From Chrysomallon squamiferum (Eukaryota; Animalia; Mollusca), in NCBI GenBank assembly GCA_012295275.1, contig CM022677.1:8060001-8124000 (forward strand): 64,000 nt of DNA, read 5' to 3'. The notes under the pieces were generated by a model. The model made no database searches. It worked only from the letters and a program-made list of their open reading frames with translations, and was not told the origin of the DNA. This document shows, piece after piece, positions 41,774-55,519 of the stretch. Made by a program: the position numbers and the translations under genes. The stretch's first letter is position 1, and the number at the start of each line of letters is the position of its first letter.

Positions 41774-42780
41774 TGACTCACTTCCTGACTCACTGTATGA
41801 CTGACTCAGTGACTGTCTTACTGACTCAGTGACTCTTACTGACTCACTGTGTGACTGACTCAGTGCCTTACTGACTCACGTGTGACTGACTCAGTGTCTG
41901 TCTTACTTGCTCACTGTGTGACTGACTCAGTGCCTTACTGACTCACGTCTTACTGACTCACGTGTGACTGACTTAGTGACTGTCTTACTGACTCACTGTG
42001 TGACTGTCTCACTGTGTGACTGACTCAGTGGCTGTCTTACTTGCTCACTGTGTGACTGACTCAGTGCCTTACTGACTCACGTCTTACTGACTCACGTGTG
42101 ACTGACTTAGTGACTGTCTTACTAACTCACTGTGTGACTGACTCTGTGGCTGTCTTACTTGCTCACTGTGTGACTGACTCAGTGCCTTACTGACTCACGT
42201 CTTACTGACTCACGTGTGACTGACTTAGTGACTGTCTTACTGACTCACTGTGTGACTGTCTTACTGACTCACTGTGTGACTGACTCACTGTGTGACTGAC
42301 TCAGTGGCTGTCTTACTTGCTCACTGTGTGACTGACTCAGTGCCTTACTGACTCACGTCTTACTGACTCACGTGTGACTGACTTAGTGACTGTCTTACTG
42401 ACTCACTGTGTGACTGTCTTACTGACTCACTGTGTGACTGACTCACTGTGTGACTGTCTTACTGACTCACTGTGTGACTGACTCAGTGGCTGTCTTACTT
42501 GCTCACTGTGTGACTGACTCAGTGACAGTGTCTTACTGACTCACTGTGTGACTGTCTTACTGACTCACTGTGTGACTGACTCACTGTGTGACTGTCTTAC
42601 TGACTCACTGTGTGACTGACTCAGTGACTGTCTTACTTGCTCACTGTGTGACTGACTCAGTGACAGTGTCTTACTGACTCACGTGTGACTGACTCAGTGA
42701 CTGTCTTACTTGCTCACTGTGTGACTGACTCAGTGACAGTGTCTTACTTGCTCACTGTGTGACTGACTCAGTGGCTGTCA
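41774..42780. repeat. Complex minisatellite built from TGACTCA-containing monomers, with higher-order repeats
   Basis: Monomers tgactcactgtg, tgactcagtg and cttactgactcac; 120-160-bp blocks recur near 41.90, 42.04, 42.16 and 42.31 kb. Confidence 0.95.
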
Positions 42781-42846
42781 TACTAATACTAATAACAAAA
42801 GAAAAGAAACCTCTGGGAGTTTAGTTTTTTATTTATTTTTTTATTA

Positions 42847-45562
<2,716 letters not shown>

Positions 45563-45639
45563 TCTTCTCGGTTCTTCTTTGAAGCGTCAACAGTTTTCAC
45601 ACACAAACCTGCATCTAAGAAGAATTGATCCAGGCTGTA

Positions 45640-46150
45640 TTTTTTATTTCACAGGAAATGCAAATGTTCTGTGAAACTGAATAACGAATGCAAAACGTCT
45701 TAAATATTTTTTTGAGAAACAATACGAAAAAAAAAAAACATATGTGTTTATATATGTATGTATTCTTGAATATGCAACACGAATTTCATAGACGTGTATT
45801 TTATTACAGAAATAATTCAAACATTCTGCTTAAAATGAATTATGAATAGAAGACTGCTCGTAGTATGTGCATTGCATTTTCAACACGAAATTTATAAGCG
45901 GTTATATTGTTTTAGTACCGAGTTGAAATGCCAAGTGAAAATGAATAATGAAAACAACAACAACAACAAAAAAAAAACATATTTGTAATGCTTGGTGTAA
46001 TGTTATGAAATTTCCAGAGGGCTTTATATTCTAGTGTCTGAAGGTGAATAATATATAAGAAATAAATTTTTATATTTGATTTACATTATTTTGTAACGTT
46101 AAGAATATTTATTATTTTAAAAAACAAATGGTTCTTCTAAACTATGAGAT
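45640..46150 (-). promoter_or_regulatory. Upstream region of CTL-A, conserved with the upstream region of CTL-B (50870-51340)
   Basis: Shared atagacgtgtattttatt.cagaaata.ttcaaacat...gcttaaaa.gaattatgaataga; octamer ATGCAAAT at 45658-45665. Confidence 0.55.
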
Positions 46151-46455
46151 GAGAATTGTTTCTATTTCATCATCACGTTATCATCATCATTATCATCTTC
46201 TTCTTCTTCATTATCATCTTCTTCTTCTTCATCATTATCTTTTTCTTCATCATCATCATCATTATTATCAACATCATCATCTTTGACATCATCATTATCT
46301 TCATCATTATTATTCATAATAGTAGCAATAATACAGTAGTTGTAGCTGTTGCAGCACTAGTAGCAGTTGTTGTTTTAATATAGTAATATTAATAATAGTA
46401 GTAGTAGTAACAGCAATAGGAGTAGTTGTATAATATTAGTTGTAATAGTGGTAAT

Positions 46456-46514
<59 letters not shown>

Positions 46515-46959
46515 ATGTGTATGTAATTATGTATGTGTGAATTATGTGTGTACGTCTGTGTGTTTCAGTATGTGTGTGTGAGTGTGTAGCTTTCTATTTT
46601 ATTGTGTACATGTGTATATGTGTGTGAGCGTTTCTGTGTGTATATGTTTGTATATGTCTTTATTTTGCCCGATCTTGCCAGGTTCTCTTTTTTGCACTTC
46701 GTCCCAGATGCCTCCCAGTGAAATGACGTGGATGCCCGCTACTCAGAACTCGTTACACTAACAACTGAACTAATTTCTCACATTAACCAATTCGTGATTT
46801 TCAGTTCCAAAACCTGCTCTGCCGTTTATTCATTCGAAACATGGACAGAAAGAAAACTGTTAATTTGTTTTTTCTCAGTGAAACTTGAAGCTGTGACTGT
46901 CACATTCTGTGTCGTTTTAAAATTGAAACATCTCAGTTTCTAACCATTATTAACAGCAC

Positions 46960-47775
46960 CTTTTTCTACGACTGTTACTAGTATTAGTACTACTCTTACT
47001 ACTACTACTACTACTACTGGTACTACAACTACTACTATTACAGCTACTACTGCTACTGTTATACTACCACTGCTTCTATTACTATTCTTATTCTTATTAC
47101 TACTACTACTACTGCTACTACTTTTACTATTACCTACTACTACTTTTAGTATTACTACTACTCTTACTACTACTCTGTTACTACAACTATCACAATACCA
47201 GTGTTTCTACTACTACTACTACTACTACTATTGATACTACTACTACTATTACTACTACTGCTACGTTTGTTATTACTCTTACTAATACTACTGCCATCAT
47301 CATTACAACTAATATTAATAATACTATTACTTCTGCTACTACAATTATAACAATTATAACTGCTATTGAAGCTATTACAACAACTATCTTTAATAAAACT
47401 TCTAGTACTACTACTACAATTATCACAACTACTACTACTGTTAATACCACTACTAAAACAATTATTACTACTTTTACAACTACTACTACTACTGCTATTA
47501 CTAAAACTGTTATTAAAAAGAAAAACTACTACTACCACTTTTGCAGCTATTATAACTACTATTACTTTTACAACACTGACAACTACTTCTATAACAGCAA
47601 CTAGTAAGCTACTACTAGTACTGCTAATAAAACAGCAACAACTTTTTCAGCTGCTACTAGTATTACTAATACTACTAATATTACTGCTATTGTGACTATA
47701 ACTACAACCACAAAAATACTACTTCTGCTATTATTCTAACATCAATAGCTGCTACTGTTATTATTACAGCTATTC
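46960..47775. repeat. Low-complexity (CTA/CAA/TAA)n tract
   Basis: Direct observation. Confidence 0.9.
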
Positions 47776-47999
47776 CTGTGCAACCAGTTCTCTCCATAGT
47801 GCTTCCGTAAACATGTGTCCACTGCTGACGTAAAAATGGTTGCCAAGGATACATGCACTTTAAGACAGAGTTCTTCTGAATTGGTGTAACTTAGGCATTT
47901 CTCGGTGTATGTGTGTGCGTAGGTGTGTGTATGTGTGTGTATGTGGGTGTGGGTGTATGAATTGTAAGATTTGAATATTCTCTGTCTTATGTACGACTG

Positions 48000-48165
48000 A
48001 TTAAACTCTGCACATAGACAATATTCGGGAAGGCACTGGCGCAGGAGGACAAAGTCCAATCACGACCTCCTAAACCTGTCAGATGCCGCTGAAGAGACTC
48101 GAACGTATGGCACCCATTCGCCCAGGCTCCGAAGGCGAACGACTTTACCATTCAGTCATCAAGAC
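48000..48165 (-). mobile_element. tRNA-derived SINE 5' head
   Basis: A-box-like TGACTGAATGG (48148-48158) and B-box GTTCGAGTC (48096-48104), followed by a non-tRNA GC-rich body. Confidence 0.55.
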
Positions 48166-48348
48166 AATTTTATGTATGTGTGTGCATATGTATGTGCGTG
48201 TGCATGTGTGTGTGTGTGTGTATATATATATTTCTATAAGTTTGTCAAACAATTTTAAGTTTAATACTCAATCTCAGTAAAAAACATAATAAAAAAAGGA
48301 AATCGCAAAATCTAATCTCATTGTCTGCTTGCTTTTTTTCTTTATTGG

Positions 48349-49082
48349 TCATAAGGGGCGCATATTCACAAATGAAGCCGCCGGTTTGGAAGCAGTCGGA
48401 GTCGTACCAGTTCTTGAACGCATCGCTTCGCCTCATCTGGACGCAGTGGTCCTTCGAGTTGTCCGGCTGACTGGTTTCGAAATTGTAGTACTTCGCAGTC
48501 ATGTTTTTAGACATCCACAGAAACTCGCCTTCGTGAATCAGGTCAGACAAACCGAGCCAGTAGTCGAAGTTTTTGTTGTTGCAGTAGTAGTAGTAGTCGA
48601 AGTTGTTGTTGTTGCAGTAATAGTAGTAGTCGAAGTTTTTGTTGTTGCAGTGGTAGTAGTAGTCGAAGTTTTTGTTGTTGCAGTAGTAGTAGTAGTCGTA
48701 GTTTTTGTTGTTGCAGTAGTAGTAGTCGTAGTTTTGTTGTTGTAGCAGTGATGGTAGTTGTTGTTGTAGCAGTAGTTGGTGTAGTTGTTGTAGCAGTAGT
48801 AGTGGTAGTTATTGTTCTAGTAGTAGTTGTTGTAGTAGTAGCAGCAGCAACGGAAGCAATACTAAAATCAACAGCAGTGGTAGTGGTGGTAGTAGTAACT
48901 TTAGTGTCAGTAATAGTGTTAGACAGACAAACAGACAGAGAGATAGCGATATAGATGGACAGACAGAGAAGCAGACAGTGGATAACATAATAGTCAGACA
49001 GAAACAGATAGATAGATATAGACAGACACATAGGTAGACAAAAAAAAAGAGAGATTATATAGACTGACAAGCAGACAATTAT

Positions 49083-49166
<84 letters not shown>

Positions 49167-49370
49167 ACGTAATAGATACATAGATATGTAGATATAGATA
49201 GATTGTAATGACTCGTTACATTTGTTTCCTTAAGTATCTGTCACCGTATTGTGTTCTGAAGCCCTTTAAATAATAACAAGGTATGCTGTCATAGATCTGC
49301 AGTAATCCTGAAAAATATTCATTAATGATAATAGTCAAAGTCCTATAACAATAACAACAACAACAACAAC

Positions 49371-49419
<49 letters not shown>

Positions 49420-49766
49420 GTAACAATAATAATAATGGCTTCTCTTTAGTCATTTGTATGTTTGCTGGGTATGACTTTAGTCACTTGTGTGTCAGTTTGT
49501 ATCTCTTTAGTCATCTGCATGCCTGTCTGTATGTCTTTTGTCACTCGTACGCCATTTTTTATGCCTTTAGTGAGTTGTATGTTTTAGTCATTCGTGTGCC
49601 AGTTTCTCTGTATTTCGTCATTAGACGACTTACGGCTGCGTTGACTCAGGATGCTGCGTGACCTGGCCTGGAAATGAAATAACATCGGTAGTGTAGTCTT
49701 TGGAAGCCGACGTCGCAAAAAACTGCAACTACATAATGAAAAAAAGATGCAGAAGTGTGCATACTT

Positions 49767-49802
<36 letters not shown>

Positions 49803-50033
49803 GCGCACACAGATGTATATATATCAGTTATTTAAAGATGTTTCTGTGTGTTTGGTGAATGTGGGTTTGTATAGATATACATAATGTAAAAAAGATGCAG
49901 AAGTGTGCATACTTGCACACACACACACACACACACGCACACACAAATGTATATAGATCAGTTATTTAAATATGTTTCTGTGTGTTTGGTGAGTGTGTGT
50001 TTGTGTAGATATACAGATGACTTATATATATAC

Positions 50034-50064
<31 letters not shown>

Positions 50065-50091
50065 TAGACAGACAGAGAGAGAGAGAGATAG

Positions 50092-50132
<41 letters not shown>

Positions 50133-50202
50133 TGTGTGTGTGTATATATATATATATAAACAGATGACATATATATAGATATATAGATATCGATATAGAT
50201 GA

Positions 50203-50236
<34 letters not shown>

Positions 50237-50502
50237 TAGATAGATAGACATATATATATGTAAAGTCATCTATCTACATGCACACGCACACATACATACA
50301 TACATACATAAATACATACATACATACATACATACATACATACATACATACATACATACACACATACATACATACATACATACATACATACATACATACA
50401 TACACAAATACATAATACATACATACTGAAAACGATTGAAAAGCTTTCTTGAGTTGCTAACGTAGAGACAAAGCAGACGGCTGAGAAGGTAAACATCTTC
50501 AT
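48349..50502 (-). pseudogene. Perlucin-like C-type lectin pseudogene CTL-B (QPD motif); exons 50502-50427, 49667-49634, 49307 to about 49220, about 48575-48349
   Basis: Signal-like MKMFTFSAVCFVSTLATQESFSIVF; exon 2 shrunken to 34 nt, ending S*VNAA; exon 3 DYCRSMTAYLVII* (TAA 49266-49268); exon 4 FDYWLGLSDLIHEGEFLW...SQPDNSKDHCVQM...WYDSDCFQTGGFICEYAP. Confidence 0.85.
48558..48745. repeat. About 33-bp tandem repeat (about 6 units) spanning the CTL-B intron 3/exon 4 junction
   Basis: Unit gtcgaagtttttgttgttgcagtagtagtagta. Confidence 0.85.
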
Positions 50503-50520
50503 GTTTCTCTGCTGTACAGC

Positions 50521-50868
50521 GAAGGATCAAACTGATTGCGCTGTGTGTATCGACTCTGCAAAACACAAACTGTCAGACGAAGGATCAAACTGACTGCGCT
50601 GTGTGTATCGACTCTGCAAAACACAAACTGTCAGACGAAGGATCAAACTGACTGCGCTGTGTGTATCGACACTGCAAAACACAAACTGTCAGACGAAGGA
50701 TCAAACTGATTGCGCTGTGTGTCTCGACACTGCAAAACACAAACTGTCAGACGAAGGATCAAACTGACTGCGCTGTGTGTATCGACACTGCAAAACACAA
50801 ACTGTCAGACGAAGGATCAAACTGATTGCGCTGTGTGTCTCGACACTGCAAAACACAAACTGTCAGAC
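50521..50868. repeat. 58-bp tandem array, 6 copies, immediately 5' of the CTL-B ATG
   Basis: Unit gaaggatcaaactgactgcgctgtgtgtatcgacactgcaaaacacaaactgtcagac. Confidence 0.95.
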
Positions 50869-51317
50869 GTTTTCTTATTTCCTAAAATGAAAATGCAAAC
50901 ACCTCTTCCAAAAAATATGTAATAAATAAAATAAAAGGTGGAAAAATGAATAATGAATGCCAAAAATATGAATTTTACAGGTATATCAAAAGCCTAAAAA
51001 TGACTATTTTTTTTTTTAATATCTTCAACAAGAATTTGATAGACGTGTATTTTATTTCAGAAATATTTCAAACATCCAGCTTAAAAGGAATTATGAATAG
51101 AAAATGACTCTTAATATATGCACTGCATTTTCTACAAGAAATGGATGAGCGATTATATTATTTGTATATAATTCAGATATCTTACTTAACATGAATTATA
51201 AAAAGAAAATGGCTGTTAATACGTACACTGCGTTTTCAGTTGAAATGCGAGATGAAAATGATAACGAATAAAAAAACTATAATTTCTGTAACGTTAGAAA
51301 TATTTAGTGATTTAGTG

Positions 51318-51790
51318 ATACGAGAAGAAACATTTCTGTAATTTTAAGAATATTTAATGATAGAAAATTCATAACATTCAATAATACGAGAAGAAACAGG
51401 TTTAATTTGTATTTCTGTAACTTTAAGAATATTTAATGATAGAAAATTCATAACATTCAATAATACGAGAAGAAACAGGTTTAATTTGTATTTCTGTAAC
51501 TTTAAGAATATTTAATGATAGAAAATTCATAACATTCAATAATACGAGAAGAAACAGGTTTAATTTTTATTTCTGTAACTTTAAGAATATTTAATGATAG
51601 AAAATTCATAACATTCAATAATACGAGAAGAAACAGGTTTAATTTGTATTTCTGTAACTTTAAGAATATTTAATGATAGAAAATTCATAACATTCAATAA
51701 TACGAGAAGAAACAGGTTTAATTTTTATTTCTGTAACTTTAAGAATATTTAATGATAGAAAATTCATGACGTAAAATATTCAATATTACG
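51318..51790. repeat. 79-bp tandem array, about 5-6 copies
   Basis: Unit taatacgagaagaaacaggtttaatttgtatttctgtaactttaagaatatttaatgatagaaaattcataacattcaa. Confidence 0.95.
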
Positions 51791-53605
51791 AAAAATAATA
51801 ATAATAAAATTAATTATAAATATCTTAAACATTCAGACGCTTGCATCAGCAGATGGTATTCATGCATTTGCAACGAAAATAATTCAGTATTATATTGTTT
51901 CATAAAATATTCAAAAGCGTATAAAAACAAAATAAAAGTTTCTTAAAGATTTTGATATGTAAATGAACAGTCCAACAGATGCACAAGAAAAAGAAATATG
52001 TGCTGATAGTATTTCAAAGAAAATAAAACCGCACATTAAAATAAAAAGATAAATACATAAATGTGTCATAGAGCACAGTTTGTACTGACGGACGGTCGGT
52101 GAAAATGATTAAAACAGAGCTGACACTACGTGCTAAACAATGCGAAATGTGAAGTAAAATAAAATAAATGTTTTAAACCTGAGTAGACATCAAAGAACAC
52201 ATTCTCCAATGTGCATGACAGAAACAGACACAGTATTCAGCTAGTTCGTAATAAAATAAGACAATAAATACAGAGATAAAAGAGAAGCAGAAAGGAAAAG
52301 AAAAAGAAAGAATCAAAACAGAATAAAAATAGAAATAATTAATAAAAAAGAAAAGAATATAAAATTAAATTTAAAAAAAAAAATGTTAGTATTTAAATAT
52401 TACCTAATGTTATAAATAGTAATGAATTAAAGAAACATATTTGAAATTATCATTAAGTATGTTTATTACATTATCATTATTACTACGGCCACTACTACTA
52501 TTGATGATACTACTACTACGACTACTACTAGTACCACTACATCTACTACTATATTGTTATTATAAATATTATTCTACTTCTACTACTACTACTATTACCA
52601 TTATCAACGTCATTATTTTTATTCTTATTGATGCTGTTGCTGCTGTAGTCGCAGTTGTCTTGTTTTTCTTTTTCTTCTTCTTTTTATTATTATTATTTAT
52701 TATTATTATTTATTACTATTATTATTATTGTTGTTATTTTATTGTTTAGCTATTGTCGTTGTTTTTATGGTTATTATTGTTATAGTTATTTTTCTATTTA
52801 TTATTATATTGTTATTATTGATGTTGTTATAACTTAAATTATATTTATTATTTTTATCATTATTACTGTTGTTATTGTTGCTGTTCTTGTTATTATTGTT
52901 ATTGTTATTTTTGAATTACATCAATTATTTTGTTGGTATCATCATCACTACTATTACTGTTGTTGGTGTTGTTGTTGTTGTTGTCGCTATTGTTGTCACA
53001 TACAGACAGATAGTCTTTGAGAAATACTTTAAAACAATTACTCAGAAAATAATAGTGACTAAGTAACTCACTAAAGCAGTCAGTGACTTAGTCAAGGTGT
53101 GTCTAACTTTAACTAGTGACTGCCATGGATGACCGATGAAACGAAGCTTTATTTTTCTTTACAGTTTCAGCGTAAACCAAGGATGGATTCAATGGGTTAA
53201 ACGACAGCAAACTTTGTTAACTTCGTGCATAAATTTACAGACGATCTTCCCAAGTAATAGCGTCTCTTATTTTAAAAAAAATAAAAAATATTAAAAAATT
53301 AAAATTAACAAACTAAAAATGATTGCAAACATCTTCCAATTTTTCTCACCTCAAATTTACCTAGGATCAGGTCCGTCTGCCTTATATCACCAGCCCTTGC
53401 AGACCGCAGATCCTTAATGATTCCTAACCATAATAACAATAACGAACTAAAATAGGAAAATAATCCCTGTTTGCACTTTCAATAACAACAACAACAACAA
53501 CAACAACAAATAAGAAGAACAACAAGAACAAGAACAAGAACAAAAACAATAATAATAACAAACACACAACAAGCAGTCGCCTGTCTCTCTCTCTACTGAT
53601 GTTTA

Positions 53606-54154
53606 TTATGTGTGTGTGTCTAGTGTGATCCAGTCCAGTGGATCGTATTCGCAAACGAAGCCCATTTTTTGTTGTTGCAGTTTGTGTCAATCCACTGCCA
53701 GTAACTGGAAGATATTGTTACAAACGCGCAATCTTCACCTCCACCCGCGTTATTCGGTTCCTTCTCAGCCCAGTTCGTGTAATCAAGCTCTTCTCGAGAA
53801 TGTCGGCTAAACCCACATATTTCCCTTCAAACTGAGTGTCAGTCATTCCAAGCCAGTAATCAGTAACGTCTAAAAATAATAATAAAATAAAACAATTGTT
53901 TTATTAAACGATAATACTCTTGGTAGCGGTATTAGTACTAGTAGTAGCAGCCTTAGTAGAAGTAATTCTATTAGTACCAATAGCAGTAGTAGCTGTAGCA
54001 ATAGTAGAAGCGGCAACGAATATATAGTACGAAAATGTACCTCTTTTTGTTGTTGTTGTTGTTATTGGTATGAACATACTCATTATATTATTATGATTAT
54101 TATGATTATTATTATGATTATTATTATTATTATTATTATTACTATTACTATTAC

Positions 54155-54216
<62 letters not shown>

Positions 54217-54368
54217 GAACTAAGCAGCGACTTCAAAAAGTAAATACTCTTTGTGATAATCTGTAGTAGTAGTGATAGTAGTAGTAATAGTAGCAGTAGT
54301 AACAGTAGTAATACTAGTAGTAGCTGTGGTAGTAGTAATAGTAGTAGTAGTAACAGTAGTAGTAATAT

Positions 54369-54426
<58 letters not shown>

Positions 54427-54451
54427 GGTGGTAGTAGTAGTAGTAGTGGTG

Positions 54452-54486
<35 letters not shown>

Positions 54487-54610
54487 CTAAATGATAATCT
54501 GAAATATCATGAAAATAGTTACGGCTGTGATATAGCTCTGTGGTGAGGTCTTTGTTTTCACACAAAGATGAGAAAATCATCAGATACGAGTTCATAGACC
54601 TGCAGCAATC
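53606..54610 (-). pseudogene. Perlucin-like C-type lectin pseudogene CTL-C (EPN motif); only exon 3 (54610-54523) and exon 4 (53869-53606) found
   Basis: DCCRSMNSYLMIFSSLCENKDLTTELYHS|HVTDYWLGMTDTQFEGKYV/(W)FSRHSREELDYTNWAEKEPNNAGGGEDCAFVTISSSYWQWIDTNCNNK/MGFVCEYDPLDWITLDTHT*; two frameshifts; upstream sequence is repeat DNA. Confidence 0.85.
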
Positions 54611-54634
54611 CTGAATAAAAATAATAATAACAAC

Positions 54635-54665
<31 letters not shown>

Positions 54666-54769
54666 GTAATAGTAATGATAATGTGGAAGACACTCAATAT
54701 TTTTCATGCGCATTCTTAAAAGTTGATTCATTATTCATTATTGCAGGTGTATTATACCAGATAATGAAA

Positions 54770-55450
54770 AATTAGTCTTATTATTTATTTATTTACTTCT
54801 TTATTATGCGAAATAATATGAACTAATATTGTTAATTAAAAAAGAAGACCTGTATTTTTCAGTACATAATATTACCGCTACGCCTCTGTTTACAACATAA
54901 AACATGTGACATATATCGTGATGGCGGTACTGAAGTTACTTATTTTCGTAATGCCGTGTAAAATTACTCTTACTTAGCTTTTCAGTGAAACATGTTCTGA
55001 TGCTAGTAAAATGAAACATAAAATGGACATTTTGGATTTCACATATAATTCTACTGTTGTTTATAAAAATACACCAACCCGAAACCCCGATCTACATTTC
55101 TGTTTCACAGTAAATTCACACCTGCAAAGTTTACTATAATGATACAGTATAAATATAAAAAAGAACAATAATAGTACTATAAAGAAAGCACATTTTAATC
55201 TTTATGTGATTTCTTTTCTTCTCAATGTCCATAAGACTTCAAAAGTTAACATCATCGCTCCAGTCTGGATGTCAATATATTTTATGACGTAGCTATAGCT
55301 TCACACAGACAAGTAACCTGGAGATATCCACTTTTCAATCCTCTTTATTGACAAACATAACGTGATGTTACATTTTTGTATTAATTTATATTTTTGTTTT
55401 CATAAAAATAAAAAAGTGAAAATGAGCCAGACATTTATTTGAGAAACTCA

Positions 55451-55519
<69 letters not shown>

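Noticed and set aside
46660-46760. Fifth lectin fragment (Q*NDVD or TWMPA readings)
   Set aside because: No flanking cysteines or F.CE motif; not supportable
48085-48165. Functional tRNA gene
   Set aside because: No acceptor-stem pairing and no Pol III terminator; continues into a SINE-like body
48245-48348. Hydrophobic C-terminal extension (possible membrane anchor) of CTL-B
   Set aside because: Probably read-through from a 1-nt shift (CCCC TTA TGA CC AATAAA); paralogs stop shortly after CE.xP
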